From Xanthobacteraceae bacterium (GTDB lineage Bacteria; Pseudomonadota; Alphaproteobacteria; Rhizobiales; Xanthobacteraceae): a DNA stretch of 64,000 nucleotides. The stretch lies in contig JBEKKM010000005.1 of the NCBI GenBank assembly GCA_050010715.1, forward strand, positions 18,687 through 82,686, read 5' to 3'. Below, one piece after another: positions 63,213 to 64,000 of this stretch (position 1 is its first letter; each line of letters opens with the position of its first letter). Position numbers and translations under genes: made by a program. The notes beneath the pieces were generated by a model. It did not search any database and had not been told where the DNA came from. It worked only from the letters and a program-made list of their open reading frames with translations.

Positions 63213-64000
63213 TGAACATCTCGGAAGTCTTCATCCGCCGGCCGATCGCCACGTCGCTGTTGATGGCGGCGCTGGCGCTGGTCGGTATCGTGGCGTTTCC
63301 GCTGTTGCCGGTGGCGCCGCTGCCGCAGGTCGACTTCCCGACCATCCAGATCAGCGCGACGGTGCCCGGCGCCAGTCCCGAGACCATGGCGGCGACTGTT
63401 GCCACGCCGCTCGAGCGGCAGTTCGGCCAGATCGCCGGCGTGGCGCAGATGAGCTCGGTGAACTCGCTCGGCTCGACCGTGATCACGCTGCAATTCGATC
63501 TCAACCGCAACATCGACGGCGCCGCAACGGACGTGCAGGCCGCAATCACCGCGGCCGGGTCGAGCCTGCCGAAAAATCTGTCGACACCGCCGACCTATAA
63601 AAAGGTCAATCCGGCGGATTCGCCGATCCTGATCGTGTCGGCGAACTCGGACACGGTGCCGCTGCCCAAGGTCGACGACTTCGCCGAGAACGTCGTCGCC
63701 CAGCAGATCTCGCAGATTTCCGGCGTCGCCCAGGTCGCCATCGGCGGCCAGCAGAAACCGGCCATCCGCGTGCAGGTCGATCCGGCCAAATTGCAGGCGC
63801 GCCAGATCACGCTGGAGGACGTGCGCACGGCGCTCACCAATTCCACGACCGACGTGGCCAAGGGCACGCTGCTCGGCAAGGACCAGAGCTTCACAATCGT
63901 CGCCAACGATCAACTGACCGAGGCGGACGACTACAACAATGTCATCATCGCCTACCGCAACGGCGCGCCGGTTCACGTCCGCGACGTCGGCCAAGCCATC
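63212..64000 (+). CDS. RND efflux permease (MdtB/MdtC-like), N-terminal part; continues beyond window
   Basis: ATG 63212 overlaps the TGA of the adaptor gene by 1 nt. MNISEVFIRRPIATSLLMAALALVGIVAFPLLPVAPLPQVDFPTIQISATVPGASPETMA. The open frame runs to the window end. Confidence 0.9.
   Translation, partial: MNISEVFIRRPIATSLLMAALALVGIVAFPLLPVAPLPQVDFPTIQISATVPGASPETMAATVATPLERQFGQIAGVAQMSSVNSLGSTVITLQFDLNRNIDGAATDVQAAITAAGSSLPKNLSTPPTYKKVNPADSPILIVSANSDTVPLPKVDDFAENVVAQQISQISGVAQVAIGGQQKPAIRVQVDPAKLQARQITLEDVRTALTNSTTDVAKGTLLGKDQSFTIVANDQLTEADDYNNVIIAYRNGAPVHVRDVGQAI

Overview
High-GC (by eye about 64-65%) chromosomal segment. Gene content, synteny (pckA / chvI-chvG-hprK-manX-HPr / ahcY / lepA) and GTCAY-bounded palindromic intergenic repeats suggest a Rhizobiales genome, probably Nitrobacteraceae (Bradyrhizobium/Afipia/Rhodopseudomonas-like). 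That assignment is inference only. I call about 58 CDS and see no rRNA, tRNA, CRISPR array, transposase or integrase.

Layout:
- 1-9.35 kb: NitT/TauT-type ABC transporter with three binding-protein genes, plus hyuB-hyuA (hydantoinase/oxoprolinase).
- 9.4-13.2 kb (minus strand): polyamine operon odc-GNAT-hss, preceded by a roughly 600-nt structured leader.
- 13.3-17.0 kb: small catabolic genes.
- 17.2-31.4 kb: a large catabolic locus. It has two paralogous molybdenum-hydroxylase large subunits, one FeS/FAD subunit set, aspartate dehydrogenase, enoyl-CoA hydratase and a Bug binding protein. An amidohydrolase/Rieske unit is divergent from it, followed by a GMC oxidoreductase.
- 31.5-43.2 kb: housekeeping block with lepA, ahcY, a UdgX-type glycosylase, the PTS-Ntr/ChvGI module and pckA.
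- 43.3-48.9 kb: aldo/keto reductase, Bug proteins, aldolase and a NiCoT transporter.
- 49.1-61.7 kb: Wzx/Wzy-type polysaccharide locus.
- 62-64 kb: start of an MdtABC-like RND pump.

Most unusual observation: a stand-alone, divergent SecY paralogue (28412-29635, minus strand) sits between the Rieske and GMC genes. It is bracketed by a 42-bp direct repeat that duplicates the overlapping 3' ends of those two convergent genes.

Other points worth a second look:
- a candidate speF-type leader upstream of odc
- a UdgX-like KRRLH glycosylase
- a hairpin repeat family with conserved loop and flanks and compensatory stem changes
- a kinase-dead PCP/BY-kinase-like protein
- a GT4-methyltransferase fusion
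- a 68-bp tandem repeat upstream of the RND operon
- an apparent 1-nt frameshift at the 5' end of the aldo/keto reductase gene

All homology statements come from reading the translated ORFs against remembered family motifs. No database search was run.
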